A stretch of 64,000 bases of DNA from Octopus bimaculoides (lineage: Eukaryota), in NCBI RefSeq assembly GCF_001194135.2, contig NC_068983.1:66112009-66176008 (forward strand), read 5' to 3'. The notes beneath the pieces are model-generated. The model was given only the letters and a program-made list of their open reading frames with translations, did no database searches and was not told the DNA's origin. The position numbers and the translations under genes are program-made. Shown one piece after another: positions 24,321 to 37,600 of the stretch (the stretch's first letter is position 1; each line of letters starts with the position of its first letter).

Positions 24321-25812
24321 CACAGTGATTTTGACAAAGGCCACTGGTGATATCCTCTGTGGGTCTGAGCAGTAATCTCGTCTGCATTATTTTTAAGGTT
24401 TTCTAGTGTCTGGATATGTGAAACCTGTTATTGTAACACTTTCTCTCTTCTCTCCTCTTCACTCTCATTCCAACATGTAAAATAGCACAGAAACTGAAAA
24501 AAAATCAACATCAGCCACATGACCTCACTTGTGTGCATGAGCCTGGAAAATTTAAATAAAAAATAAAACTTAAAGAAATGAGCCAAGGAATGGTTCTCTG
24601 TTGGAGGTTGCTTGACCTGCAAGAAATAACAGCTAATCTCTCTTAAATCATTTATCTGTCTTAAAAAGGAGACAACACACTGAGTAATTTGGTTCTGGGT
24701 GTAAACTGGTTCCAAAATAAAATAAAATAAAAGATTGGCTGCTCACCAGTTTGAACCTCTTCGATCATAGAGCTTCTTTTAAGGTTGACTTGGAATAAAC
24801 AACAAAGAATTTAAAATAACAAAATGAATCACTATTTCCATTGTAATGCAACATTCAACACTGGAGAATATTAAGTTCTCCAAGATATATCCTAGATCGG
24901 GCATGGGCAACCTTTTCTGAGAAGCAAGCTGCATAAGACATGCCTCAGGTGAATCACGCTATTGAAACAATTCAAAGTAATTTTTTTATTTGGAATGTCA
25001 ATCAGAAAGTCCCACAGGATGTCCCACAGAATGCAGATTGCTCAGAACTTTATATACTTATATGAGTTAAAAGTTATAAGTGGTGTCACAATGACAATGT
25101 GTGTGCAATTTATTTGTGTATGAGAATAATTTTTTTTGCATTATTTCTTAAATTATTATTCTAAACGATTAATCCAATATTTCACACATTTTAATAATTT
25201 TTCCTCCTTTTTTTTTTCCAGAAACTTCAACTACAGCATCAAAAACAGCAATAACAACAAAACCCCTCCACTTCTAAAAGCAGCAAAATAAGGAAAGCTG
25301 TACAAGTCAGAATAATATAATAAACATTAAAAAAATCACATTGCAAAACAGTTTTTTGTTTTGCTTTCAAGCATTACTAACACTGTTAAGCTGTTATTGT
25401 TCACAGTCACATCTGATATATACTCCCTCCAGGTACCTACATCTTCCCTCAACAACTGGGGGTTTCACTGAAAACCCAGTAATTAGAATCCGCAAAAAGA
25501 AAACAGAGAAAATACTTCAAATAATCAAGAAGATGGTGTCTTAAGCCTTCAGGTAAGTAAACTTCTTGATGGAAGAATAAATTCAATCTACCTTTCAGGA
25601 TTACACAGAGGAAATTAGCTTCTTTCAAGGATAATTTGTTTTCATCATTATATCTATGTGTTGATATTGATGTCTATGTAGATGTTATGTGTGTATGCAT
25701 GTTTGTGGGTGAAAAAGGATGGAGAAACAAAAATAACTATGTTCAGGATACTGAGATGGAGTGTCTTTATGCACATTTGTGTCAGAGAGTGCAAGAAACA
25801 TAAAAATGGCAT

Positions 25813-25855
<43 letters not shown>

Positions 25856-26719
25856 CAAGAGAGCACAAATGCAAAGGAATGAAAGATAATGTATCTTTAA
25901 ATGAATGTGTATAAAAGGGAGCAAGACGAAAAGAGATTTATGCAGTTGTGTGAGATGAAGATGGAAAGTGCAGATGGAAGTGCACATGAAAAACTAAAAA
26001 TGAAAAAAGAGAGAGAAGAAGGAAGTGCATATGTGGCAGAATTTAAAGTCAGAGCATGTATTAGTCTGCATGTACGTGTATGTCTGCATGTGTTTGTGTA
26101 AGTGTCAACCTAATAGAAAAAGGAAGTGTTTGAGCTAGTTAAAAAATAAAAAAAACATACAGAGAGAAGAGGAGAAACATAAATAAGATGTATACCTGTG
26201 AGTATACAAACGTATTTTTCTACATTTTATTGAAATTTATGTGTCTGCTAACATATATATTTTTCATGATATATATACAATTTAATGAGTGTGTGCGTGC
26301 GCATATATACATGTATGCAATACATTGAACACAGCATTTGGTGGATAAATATATTCTTTATTTATGGATTAGCAATGCTACCAGTGGCTTCATGCAGGAG
26401 TTCACAATTTTTCAAGTGTTCCACTTAAAAATGTTTGTAATCTTCTCCCATGCTGGATGAGACTACATGAGGTTACCTGAGATTATACAAGACTTCCAAA
26501 TATATCTTTGCTTAATAGATACACAGATAAGGGAAGGCAAATCCTTTAGGGACTTCTTTAATAGCTATTTCTCTTACATTGGTTTTGTTTTTTTTTTGTT
26601 TTTTTTCTTCAAGTGTTTGAATTCAACCAGATTAATTGCACTATATGAGAACATTCATGCATACACCCCACCCCCACATGCATATATCTATCTATCTCTT
26701 TTTATATATATATATATAT

Positions 26720-26751
<32 letters not shown>

Positions 26752-27428
26752 NNNNNNNNNNNNNNNNNNNNNNNNNNNNNNNNNNNNNNNNNNNNNNNNN
26801 NNNNNNNNNNNNNNNNNNNNNNNNNNNNNNNNNNNNNNNNNNNNNNNNNNNNNNNNNNNNNNNNNNNNNNNNNNNNNNNNNNNNNNNNNNNNNNNNNNNN
26901 NNNNNNNNNNNNNNNNNNNNNNNNNNNNNNNNNNNNNNNNNNNNNNNNNNNNNNNNNNNNNNNNNNNNNNNNNNNNNNNNNNNNNNNNNNNNNNNNNNNN
27001 NNNNNNNNNNNNNNNNNNNNNNNNNNNNNNNNNNNNNNNNNNNNNNNNNNNNNNNNNNNNNNNNNNNNNNNNNNNNNNNNNNNNNNNNNNNNNNNNNNNN
27101 NNNNNNNNNNNNNNNNNNNNNNNNNNNNNNNNNNNNNNNNNNNNNNNNNNNNNNNNNNNNNNNNNNNNNNNNNNNNNNNNNNNNNNNNNNNNNNNNNNNN
27201 NNNNNNNNNNNNNNNNNNNNNNNNNNNNNNNNNNNNNNNNNNNNNNNNNNNNNNNNNNNNNNNNNNNNNNNNNNNNNNNNNNNNNNNNNNNNNNNNNNNN
27301 NNNNNNNNNNNNNNNNNNNNNNNNNNNNNNNNNNNNNNNNNNNNNNNNNNNNNNNNNNNNNNNNNNNNNNNNNNNNNNNNNNNNNNNNNNNNNNNNNNNN
27401 NNNNNNNNNNNNNNNNNNNNNNNNNNNN

Positions 27429-27459
<31 letters not shown>

Positions 27460-27474
<15 letters not shown>

Positions 27475-27690
27475 TTTGTGTCTGTGTTTTCCCCCCATCA
27501 CTGTTTGACAACAGATGTTGGTGTGTTCACATCCTCATAACTCACCAGTCCAGTAAAAGTGACTGACAGTATAAGCACCAGGCTTAACAAAAGATAAGTA
27601 CTGGGGCCAATCCATTGGACTAAATATTCTTCAAGGTTGTGCTCCAGCATGGCTGCAGTCTAATGACTGAAACAAGTAAAAAATAAAAGC
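27460..27690 (+). mobile_element. SINE family 1 3' half
   Basis: tgtttgacaacagatgttggtgtgtt...gctccagcatggctgcagtctaatgactgaaacaagtaaaa. Confidence 0.8.
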
Positions 27691-27879
27691 TAAATAGATA
27701 TATATATGTATTTATGTATGTATGCATGTATGTATGTATGTATGCATGTATGTATGTATGTATGTATGTATGTATGTATGTATGCATGTATGTATGTATG
27801 TATGTATATGTGCAGATCTGTATATTTTGTTTTATGTATGTATCCTCATGCATATAGTGGCATATCTAGACATGCTCAT

Positions 27880-28005
27880 ATATATTTAAATTATAAACTT
27901 CTGGAAAGTTTTACAGATTTTTACAGTTCCAGTGATGGATTGGATCTGTAGTCCTTGAATTAGCTTTCTCCTTTCTGGTTTTGAGAAGCCTAATTTCTCA
28001 TCTAT
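27880..28005 (-). mobile_element. C-terminal fragment of an RLE-type (R4/Dong-like) LINE
   Basis: EKLGFSKPERRKLIQGLQIQSITGTVKICKTFQKF; homologous peptide at 52600-52760. Clade assignment from memory. Confidence 0.55.
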
Positions 28006-28020
28006 GTACGTATGTACGTG

Positions 28021-28066
<46 letters not shown>

Positions 28067-28269
28067 TGCACGCGTGTGCATGTGTGTGTATGCAAAAAAT
28101 TCGTTTCTGTCTTATAGTAATGCTGTATGGGTGAAGAAGTATGATGCTCATTCTTTTGATGTTGCAATGAGTAGTCTAGACTATGCAAAAGTTTTTGAGC
28201 TTATTGATCTTTATCTTTTCTGTTTATGACATAAAATGTTCAATAATTTATAGCATTGTTTAAAACTGG

Positions 28270-28620
28270 ATGTCAGGTTCATTATTACACATCAAATGAA
28301 TGTTTTAGGAAAAAAAAATTCTATTTGACTTATTTGAAGATTTACACTTAAATTTCATTGTTGATGCAAGCTTACACAACGTTAATTTCTTAGATATCAC
28401 CTTAAATTTAGAAACCAATAAATATCACCCATTTAAGAAGTCAAATAAAAAGTTACAGTACATAAATATTGCTTCAAATCATCTGCTTGCTATTATAACT
28501 CATTTGGTTTAAATGTTAGTAGACAGCTATCCAGCATTTCTTGTGATACATCAACCTTCAATAATCTGGCACCTTTTTATTATGAAATTTTAAAGCGCTG
28601 GTTTTAAGAATAAATTAATT
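28270..28620 (+). mobile_element. Penelope-like RT fragment
   Basis: VNFLDITLNLETNKYHPFKKSN...YINIASNH...RQLSSIS motif typical of PLE RT C-terminus. Confidence 0.75.
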
Positions 28621-29015
28621 ACATAAATAATGATGTTTCCAACATAGGCACAAGTACTGAAATCTGGGGAAAAAGATTCAACCAAATCAACTCCAGGACT
28701 CTGCTTTGTTATGTGTAAAAGGTTTAAAGAGCCAGATTAAATAGAGCAAAGTATTCTGTCCCACACTCTGGTACTTATGACTATCCACTCTTAAATGAAT
28801 AATAATAATAATTGTTAGATGCAGAAAAGAATAGAATGTAAAATTATTTGATTTAGTTCACTATTTAGCCTAAAATGTGTACAAGTATTAAAAAAATGCC
28901 TTAATAATTGAAAGAATTTATTGAGAATTGGTAAACCATAAAATGTACTGGTAGTGTCTGAGAAGATATCAAGCTTAAAATGAATTTTATTATACATACA
29001 CACAACTCACATACA

Positions 29016-29060
<45 letters not shown>

Positions 29061-30606
29061 TAGTTTGCTCAGCGTAACCTTGACCACATAACTTCAAACT
29101 TTATTTGTCCTTTTGAGAAAATGCATATCTTGCAACAGCCTAATGTATTCCTTAAGAAAACTGGACATAGATCATTAACATAGTCCTTGCATTGTCTGTG
29201 ACTTGTGATTAAATTATTTATGATAAGTAATGATAATTTTCTGACTACTTTCAGATATTGCATTCATGCTTGAAGAGAGCTTTGAACTAGTTGATATTTT
29301 TTTTTTTTTTTTGTTTCTGTTCAGATGTATATTTTTGTTTCTGTGGGTATTATTGCCATAGCATATTTATTGAGAGCATGTTTCTACACTATGTTACGGA
29401 CAAAACTTTAAGGCAGTTACAAGGTGAATTTGTTACCTAAAGTAAAAGTATGAAAATGGTAAATGACACATGCTAATAAAGTTTATCAGATGTCTGTTTT
29501 GCACAAGTAACATTTCCCAAATATACACTACCTATTACACACAGCCAGAAGAAGAGTATTTACTAATATTTAATCAATGAAAAATATTTTGGCAAATCTA
29601 ACTTACACTGTTAAAGAGCTTTAAACTAAGATTACAAGCTTAGCAAAAGGAGAAAAATGATAATCATTGATGAAGGAAGGTGGGACTTGTTAGTTGAATC
29701 TTTTTTATTGTTGTCATTATTTTGCCATTTTGGAAAGTTCTGATTAATGTCTATTTTTGTAATCACATCACAATCTGTGCTTAGAACAAATTAATTAGTG
29801 CTGTTAAAGCTAGTGAATGTTAATTGATTTAAGTGAAATGAGGAATAATCAGTTAATTGAGAACATTTCAGCCATGTTTCATCTAATTTATACATTTCGA
29901 CTGACTAGTCATTTTGAGTGAATGTCATTTTGGTGTGAATTATTTTCAGAACACAAAATAAAACTATTGTTATATTAAAACACTCTAGTCTGGTGGCTCT
30001 ACCTTCATATCAATTACAAAATATGCAGTCATGTTGGCTGTGACAATAAGGTACTGGACTACTAACCTAATAGCTCATAAGTTCAATCTTTAGTACAAAG
30101 TTGACCATGTAACTAACTTTGTTTCCTATAGTTTAACTAAATGCAGACAGGCCGTGCTCTATTTCATGTTTGCTCAGGAAATCATATCCAAATGTGGAAG
30201 CAATTATTCTAAAAGCATTATATTGACATCAGGTAAAGGCCTCATCTTCATGTGGTATAACAAGAATATGTTAGCTTGACTAAATACATCTATCTTCTTA
30301 AGCCACCTAGTGATATACAATTGACCATGTTCCCCCTACCACAAGAATACCATTTCACCCTTGTAACAGGTAGGCATGACTGTGTAATTAAGAAATGGTT
30401 AGGAATACAACAGCATTTTGTCTGACACTAACATTTCAAATATCACTATCTATTGTGCACTATATTATGTAAGCAGTGTAAAATTCAGTTCTTCACAACA
30501 CTTTGAGCAAGTGTTTTCTACCATAGTCATCAGTTGATTGCTAAGATGAATATTATATGGATACCTATAGTGTAATTATATATATATACATATATATATA
30601 TATAGT

Positions 30607-30793
30607 ACCTTGAGAGAAACGTTTGAACTAAGAAGCATCAGTTGTGGTGTGCAAAAGAGCCGATTGTGCTGGTATGGTCATTTGGCGAGAATGGATGAAG
30701 ATAGCTGTGTGAAAAAGTGCCATAGCCTTGTGGTTGAGGGTACCTGTGGAAGAGGTAGACCCAGGAAGACCTGGGATGGGGTGGTGAAGCATA
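30607..30793 (+). mobile_element. RTE ORF C-terminal fragment
   Basis: RLCWYGHLARMDED...GTCGRGRPRKTWDGVVKH. Confidence 0.85.
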
Positions 30794-31457
30794 ACCAAAT
30801 AGTGACTGGTGGTGAGAAATGGGTTCTCTATAAAAATGTCAAGCACCGAAGACAGTGGGTAGAGAAAAGAGAAATATTGGCACCCCAGGCTGAAGAAGGT
30901 CTTCAATCACGTAAGGTGTTGTTATCTGTTTGGTGGGATATGAAAGGTTTAGTCCACTTTGAAGTTTTAAACCCAGACCAAATGATAACAGGAAATCTAC
31001 TGCAAGCAGTTTGAGTGGCTTAAGTCAGCACTAGTAGGAAAACAACCAGCTTTGGCTTCAAGACAAAAGGTGTTCTTCCATCAGGATAATGTTCAACCAC
31101 ATACAACGAGGATGACATTCCAAAGACTAGAGCAGTTTGAATGGGAAACGATGCCCCACCCATCATATTCGCCCAACATTGCCCCATCTGATTATCAGTT
31201 ATTCCGCAGTCTTCAAAATCATCTGCACGGAAAAAATATGAATTCTGAAGACAAGGTCAGAACAGTACTAGAGGAGAATTCTTTGTTACGGACACGCAAA
31301 CTTTGGGAGAGAGGCCTTGCAAGTCTACCAGATAGATGGAAGAGCATTGTAGAAAATGATGGAAAGTATATTTTAGATTAAATAGAACTTTGTTTATCTT
31401 AATTTTGAAAAATAAAAGAAGTATAAAAAAAAATGCATTATTTATGGGATGACACAA
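30794..31457 (+). mobile_element. Mariner family A, 3' half
   Basis: IVTGGEKWVLY...KVLLSVWWD, FHQDN, YSPNIAPSDY; 3' TIR gcattatttatgggatgacacaa then TA, matching the TIR at 23455 with one mismatch. Confidence 0.9.
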
Positions 31458-31788
31458 TATATATATATAAGGAATAGAAAGGTAAACGAAGACTACATAT
31501 GTTTCATAGCTTAAACTTACTAGGAAGCAAATGTAGTCTGTATTTACCTTACCATTCCTTACATTCATTGATTTCTATTTCCATGTTTAGCAATTTACAC
31601 TGCTAGAATGTGGCTTGTACGATGACTGTCAACTTATGGAAATTTTCATCAATTTTGACAGTCATTAAATACAACAGTTATTAAATTTTCTTTATCATTT
31701 ATTGTCCACTCATTTGTCATCTATACAAGTTGTGTTCATATGCTTATTGATTTCCTGTACCTAGTTCTTTGGGGATTGCACTACCATT

Positions 31789-31819
<31 letters not shown>

Positions 31820-32407
31820 NNNNNNNNNNNNNNNNNNNNNNNNNNNNNNNNNNNNNNNNNNNNNNNNNNNNNNNNNNNNNNNNNNNNNNNNNNNNNNNNN
31901 NNNNNNNNNNNNNNNNNNNNNNNNNNNNNNNNNNNNNNNNNNNNNNNNNNNNNNNNNNNNNNNNNNNNNNNNNNNNNNNNNNNNNNNNNNNNNNNNNNNN
32001 NNNNNNNNNNNNNNNNNNNNNNNNNNNNNNNNNNNNNNNNNNNNNNNNNNNNNNNNNNNNNNNNNNNNNNNNNNNNNNNNNNNNNNNNNNNNNNNNNNNN
32101 NNNNNNNNNNNNNNNNNNNNNNNNNNNNNNNNNNNNNNNNNNNNNNNNNNNNNNNNNNNNNNNNNNNNNNNNNNNNNNNNNNNNNNNNNNNNNNNNNNNN
32201 NNNNNNNNNNNNNNNNNNNNNNNNNNNNNNNNNNNNNNNNNNNNNNNNNNNNNNNNNNNNNNNNNNNNNNNNNNNNNNNNNNNNNNNNNNNNNNNNNNNN
32301 NNNNNNNNNNNNNNNNNNNNNNNNNNNNNNNNNNNNNNNNNNNNNNNNNNNNNNNNNNNNNNNNNNNNNNNNNNNNNNNNNNNNNNNNNNNNNNNNNNNN
32401 NNNNNNN

Positions 32408-32768
32408 TTCTTTTATTCTTGTATTCTCTGACTTGTTTCAGTCATTTGACTACAGCCATGCTGGTGCATGACCTTGAAGGGTTTTAGCCGAACAAATGAA
32501 CTCCAGGTATTTTTTCAAGCAGTGGGGTGGGATCAAACACACACACACACATTCATACACGCACACATATATATATATACATATGTATGTATACATATGT
32601 ATATATGTATTCTTTTATTCTTGTATTCTCTGACTTGTTTCAGTCATTTGACTACAGCCATGCTGGTGCATGACCTTGAAGGGTTTTAGCCGAACAAATG
32701 AACTCCAGGTATTTTTTCAAGCAGTGGGGTGGGATCAAACACACACACACACATTCATACACGCACAC

Positions 32769-32800
<32 letters not shown>

Positions 32801-32965
32801 TCAACAGGCTTCTTTCAGTTTCTGTCTACTAAATTCACTCACAAGGCTTTGGTCAGCCCAAGGTTATAGTAGAGAGCACTCGCCCAAGGTACCACACAGT
32901 GAGACTGAACCCAGAACCATGGGATTGGGAAGCAAGCTTCTTACCACACAGCCACGTTTGCACCT
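32408..32965 (-). mobile_element. SINE family 1 with 202-bp tandemly duplicated 3' part
   Basis: Units start at 32408 and 32610; SINE head ends ~32955. Confidence 0.75.
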
Positions 32966-33087
32966 GCAGATATATGTTACTTGCTTGTATGCATAGTTAT
33001 GTATAAAAATATACAAACATGAAATTGAACGACCACTCAATACCTTTCAGTTGAGCAGCACATTTAGTATATTTTTATAATGAAAAG

Positions 33088-33178
33088 ATTGACAGTTACT
33101 TTGAAGTTTCAATTTAATAGCCTTCATCAAGTAGTCAGATGAAGACTACCAAGCTGACACTTCAAAGTAACTGTCAAT
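33088..33178. repeat. 91-bp imperfect palindrome with hammerhead-like cores
   Basis: Perfect 19-bp arms attgacagttactttgaag / cttcaaagtaactgtcaat plus alignable inner halves. Confidence 0.75.
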
Positions 33179-33662
33179 ATTTTCCTTGTAAAAATAAAGT
33201 GCATGTATATCTATTTATGTATGTGCTTGTGAGAGTGTGCGTGAGTGTGTGTTACCCAATGAGAAAACATTTAAGTACTCCAGTCTTAGCAAGATATTTT
33301 TCACCTAAGTACTCAATAAGCATTCATATGAATTATATATTATTTGGAGTTGTGACATTAAGTTTATACTTTGAAGGAATGAATGAAAAGATTCAACTTC
33401 TGATACATATTAATGAAATATGTACAGGTGTGACATGCAACTAAAAGTTAGGCTCGGTAATGGAGTCCACATTGCACTCAAGTATCCAGTATAGTACAAT
33501 GCAAGGCATCAAACTCAGGATGAGCTAGTGTGGGCTTTCTTGATATGATGCTTTGTCTGTCCCCTGCCATTTCATGTTGCATGTGAGGTAGTTGATTATT
33601 TGCATAATGGAGAATCATGTTTATATTCGGAGATTTAACATCAACTGTTGTATTTATTGCAG

Positions 33663-33674
33663 ATCACTGAAGGG
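33663..33674 (+). other. Candidate 12-nt microexon (ATCACTGAAGGG)
   Basis: ctgttgtatttattgcag acceptor, upstream ttaac branch-like motif, perfect gtgagt donor; splice signals only. Confidence 0.3.
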
Positions 33675-33784
33675 GTGAGTGCATGATTGCTTAATGTTTC
33701 TGCTACTGTTATTTTGACATTTTGCTGAAATGTCCCATTATGCATTGAATACATCTGCTTTCTGCTTATTATATAGGTGTGTGT

Positions 33785-33818
<34 letters not shown>

Positions 33819-33834
33819 GTATATATATCATCAT

Positions 33835-33872
33835 TATCATCATCATCCTCATCATCATCATCATCATCATCC

Positions 33873-33910
<38 letters not shown>

Positions 33911-33965
33911 GTTTAACGTCCGCTACCATGGGTTGGACGATTTGACTGAGGACTGGTGAACCAGA
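33835..33965 (-). mobile_element. Short RTE 3' end with expanded (CAT)n tail
   Basis: (CAT)n then cgtttaacgtccgctaccatgggttggacg. Confidence 0.8.
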
Positions 33966-34129
33966 CATATATATAGAACACCTGAATAAATATATATAAT
34001 AAATACATATACATATATATATGTATATGTATGTGTGTGTATGTATACGTATCCATATATATGTGTATGTGTATATCTTGTATCATGATACATAGTTTTC
34101 TTTTGAGTTTTATTAAACCCTTCTTAAGA

Positions 34130-34300
34130 GAGTTCAAGCCAGTTGCTAACGAAGTGAGAAGATGTTTTGACTTAAGAGGGTTTCCAGTGTTAGGTTAGTG
34201 TGCTGGTTGAGCTGTTGATGCACACAACCAAGTGAGTGCATCAACTCACCTATTGAATCTCAGATGGAGAATCTTGGAATGTCTTACAAATCTTCATTAT
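34130..34300 (+). mobile_element. Possible PIF/Harbinger transposase relic
   Basis: CFDLRGFPVLG*CAG*AVDAH resembles the F...GFP.C.GA.DG.H motif; short and decayed. Confidence 0.3.
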
Positions 34301-34354
34301 GCCACTAATAGTTTGTATTACAAGTATGTAAGCATGTATGTATGTTTGAATGTA

Positions 34355-34390
<36 letters not shown>

Positions 34391-34699
34391 TGTATGTAGG
34401 TAGGTAGGTAGGTAGGTAGGTAGGTAGGTAGGTAGGTATGTTGTGAGTGCGTATTATGTATTTTTGCCAAGTTGGAGTAGTAAATGAGATAAACATTGCC
34501 CAAAGAACAGTGCTCTTCAAATAAAGTTTGTGTTACAGAGACTCCTTTGTCTCTCTCTTATCAGAAATGCAATGAACCAATGATCATTAAAAACTTGTAT
34601 CCAATGATACTAATTGCTCATCAATCACAATAGGATCCTCTAATTGTTAGATCTACATGTTCTCTTTGGAAAATTCAATCCCAGTATTGATTTAGGATA

Positions 34700-37600
34700 A
34701 GGATAGTAATACATTCTCAATCGTAATTATTCAATTCTTATTTTCTATGGTTGCTCCTCTAATTTTACAGTAACAGGAGCCCCAATATTTATTTAGAGAT
34801 GAGATATAAGTAATAGTATAATACCAACATTCACAAGTATTGCTCCAGTCTTAAAACATATTAAGTGAAGCATAATAAAATATTTTACTCTATTTCACAT
34901 TAAATCTTAATATCATATTTACAATAAGAGGACCCATTGAGTTCAGTCATATGTTAACCAAAGCATGTAAGAGCATTACAGAATAACAAATCTTTATTAT
35001 TGAATCGACTTCAGAAAGTATGGGTATGTTTATTATAATGACTTTTAACAATATTGGAAGAAAGCTTTTTATATATATTTTAGTTGAATGGTTTATTTGT
35101 ACTTTACATTGATCTATGAAGTCTTTTCCCAAGCATTTATTATTTTCTAGTTTCAATAATTGCAACTGCTGGTAGTGGAACTTATGGTAGGTTTAGTTGG
35201 TTTGTATCAGGTCATTAAAAATGAAATGTCCAGTTTTGTTATGCACCAAGTTTGACAGTCGTTAACTCTAATGTTTTATCCTGGCAATTCTTTGGTTTAC
35301 AACATTGAAGAGTTACATCATGACTTTTCAAAATGCAATTTATGGTGTCTGATTATATTGTGAGTTTTCTCTTGTAAATCAATTTTTGTGAACCCATGGA
35401 TAGATCAAAAATTTGTGTTGCTCATGAATATGAGTTCTGTTGTGGAACCAATGCATCCCAGACAGCTTGAAACATCAATGATGTGTTTGGTGAAGATGTG
35501 GCAAATGGGCACACTCTACATTGATGGTTTGAGAAGTTCTGGTCTGGTTACTCTTGAAAATCAGCCCTGCGGTAGACCTGAGACCAAGGTAGATAATGAT
35601 GAGATGGAAACTGTAGAAGAAGGGGGTACATCTCAAACTATGCGTGATTTAACACCAAGATTTGATGTTTCAATTCCAACAGTGCTGGACCATCTGAAAC
35701 AAATTGGTTGGTTAAAGAAGCTGGACAAATGGATATAACATGAACTGAACGAGCAACATATGACATATCATCTTGAAACTTGCTGTTCTTTGCTGTCATG
35801 GCATAAAAGTGAACCATTTTTGCATCGTATTGTTATGTGTGATGAAAATGGATTCTTTTCAACAATAGCAAGTGTTCTGCACCGTGGTTAGATAGAGACG
35901 AAGTGTCAAAACAATCCAAAAAAGAATATTCACTAAAAAAAGCTAATGGTGTCTGTTTGGTGGTCCAGCACTGGTGTCTTCCATTACAGCTTCATGAGAC
36001 CTGGTAAGTCAATTACAGCGGATGTATACATCAACCAATTGGATGAAATGATGAGTGAACTAGCAATTAAACAACTGAGGCTGGTCAAAAGAGACAGGCC
36101 AATTCTCTTGCAAGACAATGCTCAACTACATGTTGCACAAAGAATGCTACTCAAGTTACAGGAACTGAACTTGAAAGTACTCTGTCATCCACCATATTCA
36201 CCAGACCTTGCACTAACTGGCTATCATATTTTCCAGGCATTTTGCAAGGAAAAAACTTCAAATCTGAAGAAGATGCAAAGACAGCCTTTAGTGATTTCAT
36301 CACTACTTGCTCTCCAGAATTCTTCACTGCTGGCATAAATAAGCTACCTATAAATTGGCAAAATGGTGTTGATAATTTAGGTGCATACATTGCTTTTTGT
36401 TGAGATAAAGTAAAATAAACTTTCAATTCTAAATCTGAAATTTCATTCTTAAGGACCTGATATTTGAGAGTGTTAATATCTATGTGAAGTTTGATGTTGT
36501 AGAATATAATATTTTAATTATGTTTCTATAATAAAATTGTAAGACTTATGCTGTTGAAAATGTTTTGTAAGGCTAAATATAATGTGTACTATTGGTTTAG
36601 AGTTATGACTAAGTTTTATGGAGGATTGTATATTATAAGCCTATTTTTTGGGCTTTCTTGTTCCTTTATTTTTAGTGCGAAGGTATCTTCATAGTATTTT
36701 GGGGGCACCATTAAATTACCTTCTCATTGCCGAGAGAATAGTAAGTTCTATTGTTTAAAATTAGATTATTGATCTTGTTGGGATGATTAAATTATTTGTC
36801 ATATAATCTAGTGTTTTATTTTGTCTATGAAAGAGGTAATACAGGGAAATATTTAGGTTTAATGTTCTAATGTTACATCAAGACAATCTTAGATAGCAAG
36901 TTTAATATTGAAAGTCGTTAAAAGATCTTATATTTTGAAGAAAAAAAGGGAAAATGAAAGCTTTTAGTTTTGTTTTTTGCAGATTATTTTTTGAAGTGAA
37001 AGACACTGTTATCTTGATACACACCACAGTTCCTACAATTATAATTATCTTTCATATTTTATGATAGATAAAGCTACTTGGTCAACTGACTTCTACAGAG
37101 TCACATGTAACCATACTGACATCAAAAGGTGTGATTTTTAGTCTTTTGGATGATAAATGTTAGTTACAGCTCAAACCTGTCTTCTACACATGTAATATAG
37201 TTTCCATATATTGAGCAGATTGTGTTTATTGATCTTGTGTAATATTGGGTGTTAATTGTGTGTAATTTTAAACATTAATTAATAAAAGTATAGTAGTAGA
37301 TGGAAAATTCTCTTGACATCTGTTTATAAAAATTTGCATTCTATTTTGGATGGAAACAAACTAGGTAAAAGTTTCTGATGTGTTTTGTTTAAGTAATAGT
37401 CTTGCTTTATGTTTTAATTTGAAGATAATTCTATTTAAAATGTTTTTACCTAAAACACTTATATCAGTTATTGTTGTGTTAATTAATTGTATGCATGGTT
37501 TATTTTTGAAATTGATTTGAGGTCCTTGAAAGTGATATATGGTTATTTTAGAATTGAAGGTTCTGTTCATTCTTCTATTCAATGTTTGATGAAATCTTTT

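Noticed and set aside
24076-24387. Poly-His/Pro/Arg/Ser ORFs (also poly-Thr/Val 1527-1788, poly-Phe/Glu 11075-11509, poly-Asn 48485-48727, HT/VC/YI ORFs)
   Set aside because: Products of microsatellites with no flanking protein signal
32408-32811. Near-exact 202-bp tandem duplication
   Set aside because: Starts exactly at a contig edge and the copies are identical outside the microsatellite; most likely an assembly or haplotype artefact
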